Origin: Thermoanaerobaculia bacterium
Lineage (GTDB): Bacteria > Acidobacteriota > Thermoanaerobaculia > Multivoradales > Multivoraceae
Assembly: GCA_963666565.1 (NCBI GenBank)
Contig: OY762911.1
Coordinates: 1,664,001-1,728,000 of the forward strand
DNA length: 64,000 nt
Reading direction: 5' to 3'
In this document: piece by piece, positions 50,305 to 60,089 of the stretch
How the letters are laid out: every line of letters starts with the position of its first letter
Position numbering within the stretch: position 1 is the stretch's first letter
Translations under genes and position numbers: made by a program
Notes under the pieces: model-generated
Seen by the model: only the letters and a program-made list of their open reading frames with translations
What the model was told of the DNA's origin: nothing
The model's database searches: none

Positions 50305-52816
50305 CGCGAGAAACCGGGAGTTGGCGCGCAGGCTTCTCCGCGCTGATTCGGAGGCCGACGTGGTGAAGATCCTTGAGCAGGAAGGCTTGTGGCGCGATGC
50401 GAAGTGCTGGCGGCTCTATGGGGATCGTGACGGGAACTTCTCGGTCATCGGGAATCAGCAGAGTCGTCCTGAGGCGGCTCTCGTCGAGAAGATCGTGAAC
50501 TCGGTTGATGCCCGGCTGATGAAAGAGTGTCTCGCACGCAGTATCGATCCGAGTTCGACGGACGCTCCTCAGTCTGTGCGCGAAGCAGTGGCGAGTTTCG
50601 TCGACGGCGTTGAACCAGAGAGTGAAACGGCCGGGGAGGTTCGTTTCTGGCCTCGCCAGAGACAACGGGAGCAAGCTCGTCAGATCACTCTCGCTGTGAC
50701 TGGCTCGAAGCCACGCCAGGCGGGAGGTGCATCGATAACGGTCGTCGACCTCGGAGAGGGTCAGTATCCGGAGAAGATGCCGACGACCTTCCTCTCCATC
50801 GATCGCGAGAACAAGCTGCGCATCCCGTTCGTGCAGGGCAAGTTCAACATGGGCGGTACAGGCGCACTCAAGTTCTGTGGGCGTAGCGGGCTGCAGTTGG
50901 TCATCACTCGGCGATGTCCAGACATCGTCGGCGCGGACGGCGGCGCGGAGTCACCTTGGGGGTTCACTGTCGTCCGAAGAGAACGGCCCGTCGAGGGCGC
51001 CGGAGAAATCCGCAACTCCGTCTATCGCTACCTTGCCCCCGTTGGAGCTGACGAAAGGCCAGGACGTGGCGCTGTCCTACAGTTCGCCGCGGCGAGGATC
51101 GAAGCCCTTCCAGAGAAGAACCAGGCATACGTGCGGAGCCTCCCTTGGGGGTCAGTCCTGAAGCTCTACGAGTACGACATGAAGGGTTTTGGTAGCCATG
51201 CTCTGCTGCCAGGCGGCCTCCTTGGCCGCCTTGAACTGATGCTTCCAGGGATAGCGCTCCCGGTACGAGTCCACGAGTGTCGCTCCTTCGGAGGTGATCC
51301 GAAAAGGAGCTTCGATACGACGTTACTTGGCCTCGCGGCACGTCTGGAAGCCGACCGGGCCAACAACTTGGAAGAGGGCTACCCAACGTCGGCTCTGATA
51401 CAGCTCGTCGGCCAGGATCTCCCTGTTGAGATCTACGCGTTCAAGCCCAAGAAAGCGGACAAGTACCGCTCGACTGAGGGTATCGTCTTCACGATCAACG
51501 GTCAGACTCATGGGTCGCTGTCGAAGGCCTTCTTTTCCCGCAAGAGGGTGAAGATGGGGCGGCTCGCGGACTCACTGTTGATAGTGGTCGACTGCTCGAG
51601 GCTTTCCGTAGACGCGCGGGAAGACCTGTTCATGAACAGCCGTGACCGGCTCAGCAACGGAGAGCTTCGAAAGGACATCGAGCGTGAACTGGAGGACCTT
51701 ATCGGTCGCCATCACGGTCTCAGGGAGCTGCGCGACCGCCGCAAGGCGGAGGAGATCGCGCAGAGACTCGAAGACTCGAAACCGCTAGAGGACGTACTCG
51801 ATACGCTTCTGCGGACATCTCCTACTCTCAACCGGCTTTTCCTACAGGGTCAACGGCTCGGCCGGCCGCATCGGGCCGGCACGAAGGGAGGAACCAACAA
51901 CGGGGCTGGTCAGCCCGGGAAGTACGTGGGAAAGGCCCACCCCACGTACTTTCGGTTCGCCAAGAAGCCCGACGCTGACTTTCTCCGGAGGTCAGCAGAG
52001 AAGGGCCGGAGATGTCGGATCAAGTTCGAGACGGACGTTGCGAACGACTACTTCAAGAGGCCCTCAGTTCCGGGTCGGTACACGGTCGAGGTCATTGGAG
52101 GGCCAGTGGAAGGCCGCGATGTGGCGCACAGTCTCGTGCTGCACGATGGAGTGGCCAACTGGAGCGTCCGTCTTCCGGACGATCTGGAGATCGGCGATGA
52201 AGTGACACTGCAGTGCACCGTCGCGGACGATTCGCTGATCGAGCCCTTCGTGAGCGTGGTCGAAATCTCGATCGTGCCGCAGGGACGAAGACAGTCAGGC
52301 AAGAGGAGTAAGCGCGAGCGCCGGCTGGACTCGGGCGACTCGACAGGCGGAAACGGCCAGGGGGGCAAGGGAAGTGACAACGAGGCCGGGATTCAGCTTC
52401 CGCACATTGAGCGTCTGAGAGAGAAGGACCCGTTATGGAGTGAGAGGGGGTTCGACCACTACACCGGATGCGAAGTCGTGGACGACTCGGACGTCGAGAA
52501 GGCGGCTAACGGGAGAGACCTGACCTTCTACGTGAACATGTCGAACCGAGCCTTGGAGACGGACCTGAAGGACAGTCGCGAGGATGCGAGGGTCGTCGAG
52601 GCGAAGTTCGTGTACGCAAACGTGCTCGTAGGTCTGGGACTTCTGAATGACCCTCGACAGGCGGGAGACGACGCGTCCGATTCCCTGGAGACGGCCGAAA
52701 CGCGCGTGGCCTCTACGACAAGGGCTCTGGCGCCCTTTCTTCTTCCCATGATCGACTTCCTCGGATCACTGGGTCCTGAGGACGTTTCGGCAGGGGGCGT
52801 CGGCGACGAGGACTAG
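50297..52816 (+). CDS. Large GHKL-family ATPase of unknown function
   Basis: ALVEKIVNSVDA (N box), VVDLGEGQ (G1), QGKFNMGGTG (G2); GGAGG upstream of GTG 50297. Confidence 0.75.
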   Translation: MSDARNRELARRLLRADSEADVVKILEQEGLWRDAKCWRLYGDRDGNFSVIGNQQSRPEAALVEKIVNSVDARLMKECLARSIDPSSTDAPQSVREAVASFVDGVEPESETAGEVRFWPRQRQREQARQITLAVTGSKPRQAGGASITVVDLGEGQYPEKMPTTFLSIDRENKLRIPFVQGKFNMGGTGALKFCGRSGLQLVITRRCPDIVGADGGAESPWGFTVVRRERPVEGAGEIRNSVYRYLAPVGADERPGRGAVLQFAAARIEALPEKNQAYVRSLPWGSVLKLYEYDMKGFGSHALLPGGLLGRLELMLPGIALPVRVHECRSFGGDPKRSFDTTLLGLAARLEADRANNLEEGYPTSALIQLVGQDLPVEIYAFKPKKADKYRSTEGIVFTINGQTHGSLSKAFFSRKRVKMGRLADSLLIVVDCSRLSVDAREDLFMNSRDRLSNGELRKDIERELEDLIGRHHGLRELRDRRKAEEIAQRLEDSKPLEDVLDTLLRTSPTLNRLFLQGQRLGRPHRAGTKGGTNNGAGQPGKYVGKAHPTYFRFAKKPDADFLRRSAEKGRRCRIKFETDVANDYFKRPSVPGRYTVEVIGGPVEGRDVAHSLVLHDGVANWSVRLPDDLEIGDEVTLQCTVADDSLIEPFVSVVEISIVPQGRRQSGKRSKRERRLDSGDSTGGNGQGGKGSDNEAGIQLPHIERLREKDPLWSERGFDHYTGCEVVDDSDVEKAANGRDLTFYVNMSNRALETDLKDSREDARVVEAKFVYANVLVGLGLLNDPRQAGDDASDSLETAETRVASTTRALAPFLLPMIDFLGSLGPEDVSAGGVGDED

Positions 52817-52819
52817 CTA

Positions 52820-54587
52820 GTGCCTGCCAGAAAACTCAGTTCCGACGGGATTCCTGGGCAAGTTTGAGGCTGTTGGCAGGCGCAAGAGGTCTGCGCAGGA
52901 GCCTGTGATCGGCGGCGACGGCGCTCCCTGGGGTTTCTTGGCGGCGATTCCCGGCGATGACGGCCGTTCGGGCACGGCGGCGCCTCCGGTCTCGCGCGGG
53001 CTGTCTTCGACGGAGGCTGCGGTGACGGTCAGGCGGCCCGGCGGCGCTTGCGTGCGCGTGCTTGCAGGAGCCGGCCCAGCCGGTGCAGGTTGCCCGCGAG
53101 CACCGAGAGCGCGACGGTGCGCTCGAAGCCTTCGGCGCCGCGGCTTCTGACGCGGTCGAGGCCGCGATGCTCCAGAGCGTTGATGGCGGACTCGACCGCG
53201 GGATGGGCACGGCGGGCGGAGAGGAAGGCTTCGTCGGTTTCCCGCTCCCGGTCGGCCTTCGACAGATACCCCTTCTTCGGCAGCGCGTTGAGGTCGAGAA
53301 GCTCGTCGAGCCGGACGCGGTTCTCCCGGCTGTGGAAGTTGCGGTCGAAACTGCACGCCCGAAGCTCGGGGAACCGCTTCTGCGCCGCCGCGACCAGGGG
53401 CACGACCGCATCGGCGTCGCCGCCCTTCCACATGACCTCGTGGTGAAGAACGAATCCGTGCTGATCCTCGATCAACGCCACCGGAACGCCGAGCTCCACC
53501 GGCGTACCCGCCTTCCCCTTCGACACCCAGCGCGTGTGCGGCTCGAAGATCGAAAACACCTTCTCCTCGTGAGGAATCGTCTCGCCCAGGAGCAGACGAC
53601 GCTCGACCTGGTCCATCTGGCGCCGCGCGTGAACGATCAAGCCCTAGAATCGTCTCCGCGGCCATGCCGTCCCCCGCGGCACGAAGCGCCTCCACCGTGT
53701 CCGCCGCGCGCGCCACGAGCGGCCGGCACCGATCGAGGTACGCCTTCACCCGGGCCGGAGACCGCTTCGCCCGCCGAGTCCCGCGCACCTTGTGGAACAG
53801 CCGGCGCACCAACCGAAGCTGATAACGCCACTGGCGCCAGCCAGAGATGCCGTGCCGACGCGCCGCCCGACCGCTCTCCCGCAGCATGCAGCGCATCGCG
53901 TCCCACAGCAGATTCACGTCCGTCGGGTAATGCACGTCGGTCTCGACCACGAACGAATCACACCGACCGCGCAACGGCCCGCCAGGCTTTTTTCGCGCGA
54001 CCGCATGGCCGCTTTCCACCACCAATCTGCCCACCGCCGACAACAACTCCGGCGTCAACAGGCTCACGTTGTCGACCACCGTCTGGTACTCGTAGTAGCT
54101 CTCCTCCCCGAAATCGCCGTGCCCCAGAAACGCACGCAGCGTCCCGTGATGGTTGGCCAGATCGTGAAGCCGGTCGAAGTCGCAGCCGAGACCCTGTTTC
54201 ACCACCCCCAACACCAGAATCCGCCACAACTCCATGCCCGGACGACCGACCGTCCGATCCGTACCCGGCAGCATGTGCTCGTCCAGCAACTCGAACAGCC
54301 GGGGCCGCAACGTCTCGTCGCAGTAGATGTGCTGAAGACCGCGAAACAGCGCCGGCGTGTCGTCGCGAGACTTCGGGTCGATCCAGATCTCGCCGATCGG
54401 CGCCTCGCCCAGCCTGAACTGCCGACTTTGAATCTCCCGCATCGCCTCGACCTCCGAAGATCCTCCCGAATCCGCCCAAAACGTCCGATTCAGGACTGGA
54501 TCCTACGGCATCGGCGACATCTTCAACCGACCGAATCCCTCGCAAAACCCCGTAGAATCAACGACTCCCGGGTTTTCTGGCGGGCAC
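52820..54587 (-). mobile_element. Insertion sequence (ISNCY/IS5-like DDE) with ~16-bp TIRs and CTAG at both junctions
   Basis: GTGCCTGCCAGAAAAC (52820-52835) vs GTTTTCTGGCGGGCAC (54572-54587), 1 mismatch; CTAG at 52817 and 54587. Confidence 0.88.
53029..54442 (-). pseudogene. DDE transposase, frameshifted near 53641-53647
   Basis: N-part GRPGMELWRILVLG...DSFVVETDVHYPTD; C-part EKVFSIFEPHT.W..KGK, SFDRNF, VESAINALEHRGL in a different frame. Confidence 0.85.
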
Positions 54588-54595
54588 TAGCTTAG

Positions 54596-55768
54596 CTAGC
54601 TCGCTCTGTGCACCAGAACGACCTCGCGCGCGGTTGGCGCCTTAGTGCGCAGCGAGGCGTGCCACCGGCGCCTAGGGACTTCGCGCCAGATTCGGCCGGC
54701 TTCGGGCAGCGGTGCTTCGACAAAGCCGGCAGTCCCGAGAGTCTCTAGGTAGAGGGACAAGTGAGCTTCTGGCTTTGAGAAGCCCACGACCTGGACTAGT
54801 CTGGCGCCGTCGCGTACGACGCGACGTATGGCTGACATTCTCTCGCCGAGTAGATTGAAGTAGTTCCGGCCTTGCCGGCCCCCCATCGTGTAGTACGACT
54901 CTCCACGCCCGTCCCTGGCTGCTGCGATCCAGAAGGGGACGGAGGTTTCTCTGCCGCCGCCTGTTTGCCAGCGATGATAGAGAACGTGGACTCCAGGGTA
55001 TGGCGGGCTCGTTACGACGAGGTCAGCGCGGGTTCCATTCGCGAAAGGTCGCACCGAACCTATGTTGAGGGCGTCCGAGGTAATGAGGCGTGGCTTGACG
55101 AGGCGTGGCTGGTGGACGCCTTTGGCCTCCGCTTGCTCCCAGAGTGACTCGAAGTCCTTCAACATTCTGTGGATGACTGTGTGCAGCCGTTCGCGGAAAG
55201 CGACCGCTGTCGCGACCTCTCGGCGCCCATCTATGGCCCACTGCGCTGCGTTCAAGATAGCCCCACGGGCGACTCTCTCTACTGTCGGGTCGGTGTCGTC
55301 CGGGAGGCCGGATAGAGCGACGCGGATGAGCTTGCGAATGGCTCCGCGAGCAGGTCCGGTGAGGTTCTGAAAGATCTCTGGTGGCGGCTGGTTCGTCTCG
55401 CTAATTGCGTCGTGGTATCGAATATTTCTGACGGTGACGTCCGCCCATGTGTTCAACACGCTTGCCGCGTGCGGCGATACTCGGGATGTCTTCAGCTTGG
55501 CGAGGAAAGTTGCAAGTTCACTGATGTCCAGACAGACCGTACTTCGGCCCGTCGCGATCGCTTCGACTGCGGTTGTGCCGCCACCGGAGAAAGGATCCAG
55601 CACCAACTCTCCCGGTTGGGAGAACTGGCGAATGGCGGCACTCGCCAGTTGAGGCGAGAAGCGACCAGGGTAACGGTAAAAGCCGTGGGTCAGGCCAGCT
55701 ACGGGACTCGGATCCAGAGCTGCTCGACGCAGGGCCTCGAACTCAGTGTGTAGATGAGACACGACCAT
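54596..55768 (-). CDS. DNA amino-methyltransferase, probably N4-cytosine (motif I before motif IV)
   Basis: THGFYRYPGRF, VLDPFSGGGTT (motif I), VVTSPPY (motif IV). Confidence 0.85.
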   Translation of the reverse strand: MVVSHLHTEFEALRRAALDPSPVAGLTHGFYRYPGRFSPQLASAAIRQFSQPGELVLDPFSGGGTTAVEAIATGRSTVCLDISELATFLAKLKTSRVSPHAASVLNTWADVTVRNIRYHDAISETNQPPPEIFQNLTGPARGAIRKLIRVALSGLPDDTDPTVERVARGAILNAAQWAIDGRREVATAVAFRERLHTVIHRMLKDFESLWEQAEAKGVHQPRLVKPRLITSDALNIGSVRPFANGTRADLVVTSPPYPGVHVLYHRWQTGGGRETSVPFWIAAARDGRGESYYTMGGRQGRNYFNLLGERMSAIRRVVRDGARLVQVVGFSKPEAHLSLYLETLGTAGFVEAPLPEAGRIWREVPRRRWHASLRTKAPTAREVVLVHRAS

Positions 55769-55825
55769 TGCCGCTCGGGTGCCGTCGAGGCTGGTGAGTA
55801 GTTCAGCAGTTCCAGAGCAGCTTCC

Positions 55826-57262
55826 TCAGCTCGCCTTCGGCAATGCTCCCATCACGGCCTTGACCTCCAGGAACTCCTCGAAGCCGAAGTCGCCCCATTC
55901 GCGGCCGTTGCCGGACTGCTTGTAGCCGCCGAAGGGGGCGCCGAAGTCGGCGGGGGCGCCGTTGATGTGGACGTTGCCGGCGCGGATCCGGGAGGCGACG
56001 CTGCGGGCGTGGTCGAGGTCGCCGGACTGGACGTAGCTCGACAGGCCGTACGGCGTGTCGTTGGCGATCCGGACCGCTTCCTCCTCCGTCTCGTAGGGGA
56101 GGATGGAGAGCACGGGGCCGAAGATCTCCTCGCGGGCGATCGTCATGTCGTTGCTGACGCCGCCGAAGACGGTGGGGCGGACGTAGTAGCCGCTGTCCAG
56201 GCCCTCGGGGCGGTCGGTCCCGCCGGCGACCAGCTCGGCGCCTTCCTCGATCCCCTGGGCGATGAGGCCCTGGATCTTGTCGTACTGGACCTTGCTGACG
56301 ACGGGACCGATGGCGACGCCTTCCTGTTCCGGCGGGCCGACGGCAGTGGCTTCGGCGGCTGCCTTGGCGACCTCGAGGGCGCGGGCGTGCGAGGCAGCCG
56401 GCACCAGCATCCGCGTCGGCGCGTTGCAGGACTGGCCGCTGTTCAGGAAGCACTGCCGGGTGCCGGCCTTGACCGCCTTGTCGATGTCGGCGTCCTCGAG
56501 CACGATGTTCGGCGACTTGCCGCCGAGTTCCTGCGAGACCCGCTTGATCGAGTCGGCCGCGGCCTTGGCCACCGCGCGGCCGGCGCGGGTGGAGCCGGTG
56601 AAGGACATCATGTCGATGCCGGGGTGGGCCGACATGGCGGCGCCGACCTCGGGACCCTCGCCGTTGATCAGGTTGAAGACGCCCGCCGGCACGCCGGCGT
56701 CGTGGAGAATCTCGGCGAGCAGGACGGCGTTGAGCGGCGCCACCTCGCTCGGCTTCAGGACCATCGTGCAGCCCGCGGCGAGCGCCGGCGCGACCTTGCA
56801 GGCGATCTGGTTGATCGGCCAGTTCCAGGGCGTGATCAGGCCGCAGACGCCGACCGGTTCCTTGACGATGTTCGTCGTGCCGCGGGTTTCTGTGAAGTCG
56901 TAGCCCTTCAGCACGTTCAGGGCGCCGGCGAAGTGGCCGAGGCCGGACGGGGCCTGCGCGGCCTTGGCGAGCCAGGCCGGGGCGCCCATCTCCATGGAGA
57001 TCGTCTCCGCCATCTCGCCGATCCGGGCCTGGTAGCCGGCGACGATCCGGCCCAGGAGTTCGACGCGCTCTTCCTGGCTGGTCCGAGAGAACGACTCGAA
57101 GGCGGCCCGCGCCGCGGCGACGGCCTTGTCCACGTCCGCCGCGCTGCCGAGGCTGATCCTGCCGATCGCCTCTTCCGTGGACGGGTCGATGACGTCCATC
57201 GTCTTGGGCGTGGCCGGGTCGACCCATTCACCGTTGATGTAGAACTGCAGCGCTTCCTTCAT
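55826..57262 (-). CDS. Aldehyde dehydrogenase
   Basis: ITPWNWP, LKPSE, FTGST, ELGGKSP, NSGQSC, EEIFGPV, FGGYKQSG; ATG overlaps hemY stop. Confidence 0.95.
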   Translation of the reverse strand: MKEALQFYINGEWVDPATPKTMDVIDPSTEEAIGRISLGSAADVDKAVAAARAAFESFSRTSQEERVELLGRIVAGYQARIGEMAETISMEMGAPAWLAKAAQAPSGLGHFAGALNVLKGYDFTETRGTTNIVKEPVGVCGLITPWNWPINQIACKVAPALAAGCTMVLKPSEVAPLNAVLLAEILHDAGVPAGVFNLINGEGPEVGAAMSAHPGIDMMSFTGSTRAGRAVAKAAADSIKRVSQELGGKSPNIVLEDADIDKAVKAGTRQCFLNSGQSCNAPTRMLVPAASHARALEVAKAAAEATAVGPPEQEGVAIGPVVSKVQYDKIQGLIAQGIEEGAELVAGGTDRPEGLDSGYYVRPTVFGGVSNDMTIAREEIFGPVLSILPYETEEEAVRIANDTPYGLSSYVQSGDLDHARSVASRIRAGNVHINGAPADFGAPFGGYKQSGNGREWGDFGFEEFLEVKAVMGALPKAS

Positions 57263-58869
57263 GGGGACTGTCTCCGGGTGTGTTGAGCAGTTGGAACGGG
57301 TGAGTGTAGCTCGATATGGCACCTCTGGCTGAGCAGCAGGCGGGCCGCTCTCTCGCCGCAGTCGGCGCCGACGGCCATGGCGCGGCTCAGGCCGACGCCG
57401 TGGAGGGCGTTGCCGGCGAGGTGGAATCCCTCGATGGGTTGCAGAGCCGCCTCGATCAGGGCCACGCGCCGCGGGTGACCGGGGGCGTACTGCGGGATCG
57501 CATGCGGCCAGCGGGCGACGCTGGTGTGGGTCGGCGCGGCGTCGATGCCGGCCGTCCGGCGCAGTTCGCGGAGGGTCAGGTCGACGAGCTGGGCGTCGCC
57601 GAGGTCGGCGGCCTCGGGGTCGACGGTGCCGCCGAACATGGAACGGGCCAGGAACTGGCCTTCCGGGCCGCGGCCGCCGAACGTCGCGGTTTCATACTGG
57701 CAGCCGAGCATGCGGATGCCCTCGCCGCGGGCGACGAGGAAGCCGTAGGCGGGCTCGAGGTGGGCCGCTGCGGCGGCGTCGAAGGCGGTGTGGACGACTG
57801 CCATCGGCGGAGATTCGATCTGCAGGAGTTCGTGCGCGGCCTGAGCCGAGACGCCTTCGACGAGGTCGGCGGCTGCAGGCAGGTCGGCCGCGACGATGAC
57901 GGCGTCCGCGGTGAGTTCGGCGGGAGCGGCCGTTTCGGCGTTGGTGGCGTGTTCGGATTTGGCGAGGTGGAGCGTGAAGCTGCCTCCGTTGCATCCGGCA
58001 CCGTGACGGTCACCGTCACCGTGGTGGCGCCGGCCCCCTCCTTCCCGTGAAACGGAAGCGACACGGCTGCCGCAACGCACCTCGATCCCCGGCAGCGCGG
58101 CGATCGCTCGCGGCAGGCTCTGGATGCCCCGAACGAAGGTTCGGTGTCCCGGAGGCGGAACGCGGCGCCTGCGGCCGGCCCGCATCGCCTTGAACAGCGA
58201 TCCGTGGGCCTGCTCCATCGCAACCAGTCGCGGGAAGGCGGCCGCGGCCGAGAGCCTCCGTGCGTCGCCGGCGAAGATGCCGAGGACGACCGGCGAGATC
58301 AGGCGCGCCGCCGCCTGCCGGCCCATGCGGCGGGCGGCGAAGTCAAACAGGGACTCGTCGTCGTTCGCCGCGACGCGGCGGCCCGCGGAATCCGTGTCGC
58401 CGCCGTGCCCGCCGCGACCGGCGTCGCTCCCGCCTCGACCGGCGTGGCTTCGGCGTGCCGGGACCAGCGGCTCCAGGGCCAGGCGGGCGAGACCGAGCGG
58501 CCCCAGCAGCCCGCTGCGAGCGAACGCCAGCGGGGTGCGCTGCAGCTCCCGCAGCTTGCCGCCGCGATAGATGTAGCGGCGATTCGCCGCCGGTTCCGGA
58601 GCCAGCACTTCGTCGGCAAGGCCGCAGGCGTCGATCATCTCCCGCACTACCGGCTGGTCGTCGAGGAAGCCCTGTGGCCCGGTCTCGATCAGGAGGTTCG
58701 CGGCATGCTCGGTCCGCGCCTTGCCGCCGACCTCGCTCTCCGCCTCGAGCACGACAATCTCGAGTGAGGCGCCGGCGCGTTCCGCCTCGGCGGACGCCTT
58801 CCACGCGGCGGCCAGCCCGGAAGGCCCGCCGCCGACGACGATCAGGCGCGGGATCGCCTCACCGCTCAA
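57259..58869 (-). CDS. hemY: Protoporphyrinogen oxidase (HemY-type, HemG annotation)
   Basis: VVGGGPSGLAAA, VGGKART, ETGPQGF, GIFAGD, W.HAIPQY..GH, LAGN; TTG start overlaps hemE stop. Confidence 0.88.
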   Translation of the reverse strand: MSGEAIPRLIVVGGGPSGLAAAWKASAEAERAGASLEIVVLEAESEVGGKARTEHAANLLIETGPQGFLDDQPVVREMIDACGLADEVLAPEPAANRRYIYRGGKLRELQRTPLAFARSGLLGPLGLARLALEPLVPARRSHAGRGGSDAGRGGHGGDTDSAGRRVAANDDESLFDFAARRMGRQAAARLISPVVLGIFAGDARRLSAAAAFPRLVAMEQAHGSLFKAMRAGRRRRVPPPGHRTFVRGIQSLPRAIAALPGIEVRCGSRVASVSREGGGRRHHGDGDRHGAGCNGGSFTLHLAKSEHATNAETAAPAELTADAVIVAADLPAAADLVEGVSAQAAHELLQIESPPMAVVHTAFDAAAAAHLEPAYGFLVARGEGIRMLGCQYETATFGGRGPEGQFLARSMFGGTVDPEAADLGDAQLVDLTLRELRRTAGIDAAPTHTSVARWPHAIPQYAPGHPRRVALIEAALQPIEGFHLAGNALHGVGLSRAMAVGADCGERAARLLLSQRCHIELHSPVPTAQHTRRQSP

Positions 58870-60089
58870 GCCCTGGCTCCGCGGCGTCCGCGGCGCTCGG
58901 CATCCGGCGCCTCGGGGACGGCATCCGGCGCCTCGGGGACGGCATCCGGCGCCTCGGGCTCGGCGTCCGGACGAGGCGCGCCGCCGACTGCTTCGTGCCC
59001 GTCCTCCGCCTCGGTGTGGACCGCATCGACCAGGGCCTGCACCGCCTCGAGCGGCGTCTCCGGCAGTACGCCGTGCCCCAGGTTCACGATGTGGCCGCGG
59101 CCGGGCAGGCTGGCGAGCAGCCGGCCCGTCTCTCGCCGGATCGCTTCCCCGCCTGCGAGCAGCACCGCCGGATCCAGGTTGCCCTGCAGGCACAATTCCG
59201 GCCGGCGCCGCCGCAGCGCGGCGAGGTCTGTCCGCCAGTCGACGCCGAGCGCCTCGCAGGGCAAGTCGGCGTAGTCGTCCACCAGTTGCGGCGCCGAGTG
59301 AAGGAACAGGATGCGCGGCACCCCGGCCTCGCCGAGCCGCCGCAACAGCCGCTCGAGGTGCGGCCGAACTCGCCGCCGCCACTCGGCGCGCGGGAACAGA
59401 CCGGCCCAGGAGTCGAACACCTGGACCGCGTCCGCCCCCGCCTGGCGCTGCGCGATCAGGTAGCGGGCGCAGAGGCGGCCGAGGCGGTCGAGCAGGGCGT
59501 CGAAGGCGGCCGGCGCCTCGTGGGCGAACGCCCGCAGCCGGGGAAAGTCGCGCGCGCCGCGGCCTTCGACCAGGTAGGCCGCCAGCGTCAGGGGCGCGCC
59601 GGCGAACCCGAGCAGCGCCGTGCCGGGGTCGAGTTCCCGGCGGACGATCCGCTGCGCCGCCGTGACCTCGGGCGCGATCTCGGCGTCGTCGAGGCGGTCC
59701 GGGTCGGGCAGGCGGTCTACCGCCGCGGCGTCGCGGATCGGCCGGGCGATCACCGGGCCGGGGTCGAAGCGGAAGTCGACGCCCAGGGCCGGCAGCGGCG
59801 ACATGATGTCCGCGAAGGTGATCGCGGCGTCGAAGGGAAAGCGGCGGAGCGGCATCATCGTCACGCGGGCCGCCAGCTCGGGGCTGCCCGCGAGACCGGC
59901 GAAGCCGTGGCGTTCCTTGAGCGCCCGGTACTCGGGCAGGATGCGACCGGCCTGCCGCATGATCCACAGCGGCCGCCGCGGCGTCTCCTCCAGGCGGAGC
60001 GCGCGCAGCAGCAGGTCGGCGTCGGGCCGGGCAGGGCCGCGCGGCGCTGGAGCGGCCGGACGGGACGCGGACCCGGCGAAGGCGGTCAC
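58866..60089 (-). CDS. hemE: Uroporphyrinogen decarboxylase
   Basis: WIMRQAGRILPEYR, FADIM, GFAGAPLTLAAY, FDSWAG, LQGNLDP, NLGHGV. Confidence 0.95.
   Translation of the reverse strand: MTAFAGSASRPAAPAPRGPARPDADLLLRALRLEETPRRPLWIMRQAGRILPEYRALKERHGFAGLAGSPELAARVTMMPLRRFPFDAAITFADIMSPLPALGVDFRFDPGPVIARPIRDAAAVDRLPDPDRLDDAEIAPEVTAAQRIVRRELDPGTALLGFAGAPLTLAAYLVEGRGARDFPRLRAFAHEAPAAFDALLDRLGRLCARYLIAQRQAGADAVQVFDSWAGLFPRAEWRRRVRPHLERLLRRLGEAGVPRILFLHSAPQLVDDYADLPCEALGVDWRTDLAALRRRRPELCLQGNLDPAVLLAGGEAIRRETGRLLASLPGRGHIVNLGHGVLPETPLEAVQALVDAVHTEAEDGHEAVGGAPRPDAEPEAPDAVPEAPDAVPEAPDAERRGRRGARA
58898..58958. repeat. 21-bp tandem repeat x~3 in hemE 3' extension
   Basis: CGGCATCCGGCGCCTCGGGGA repeated, encoding PEAPDAV. 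Confidence 0.85.

Noticed and set aside
53987-53993. AAAAAAG slippery site in the transposase as the cause of the split ORF
   Set aside because: The frame continues through it into DSFVVETDVHYPTD; the actual break is ~350 bp downstream with no slippery motif.
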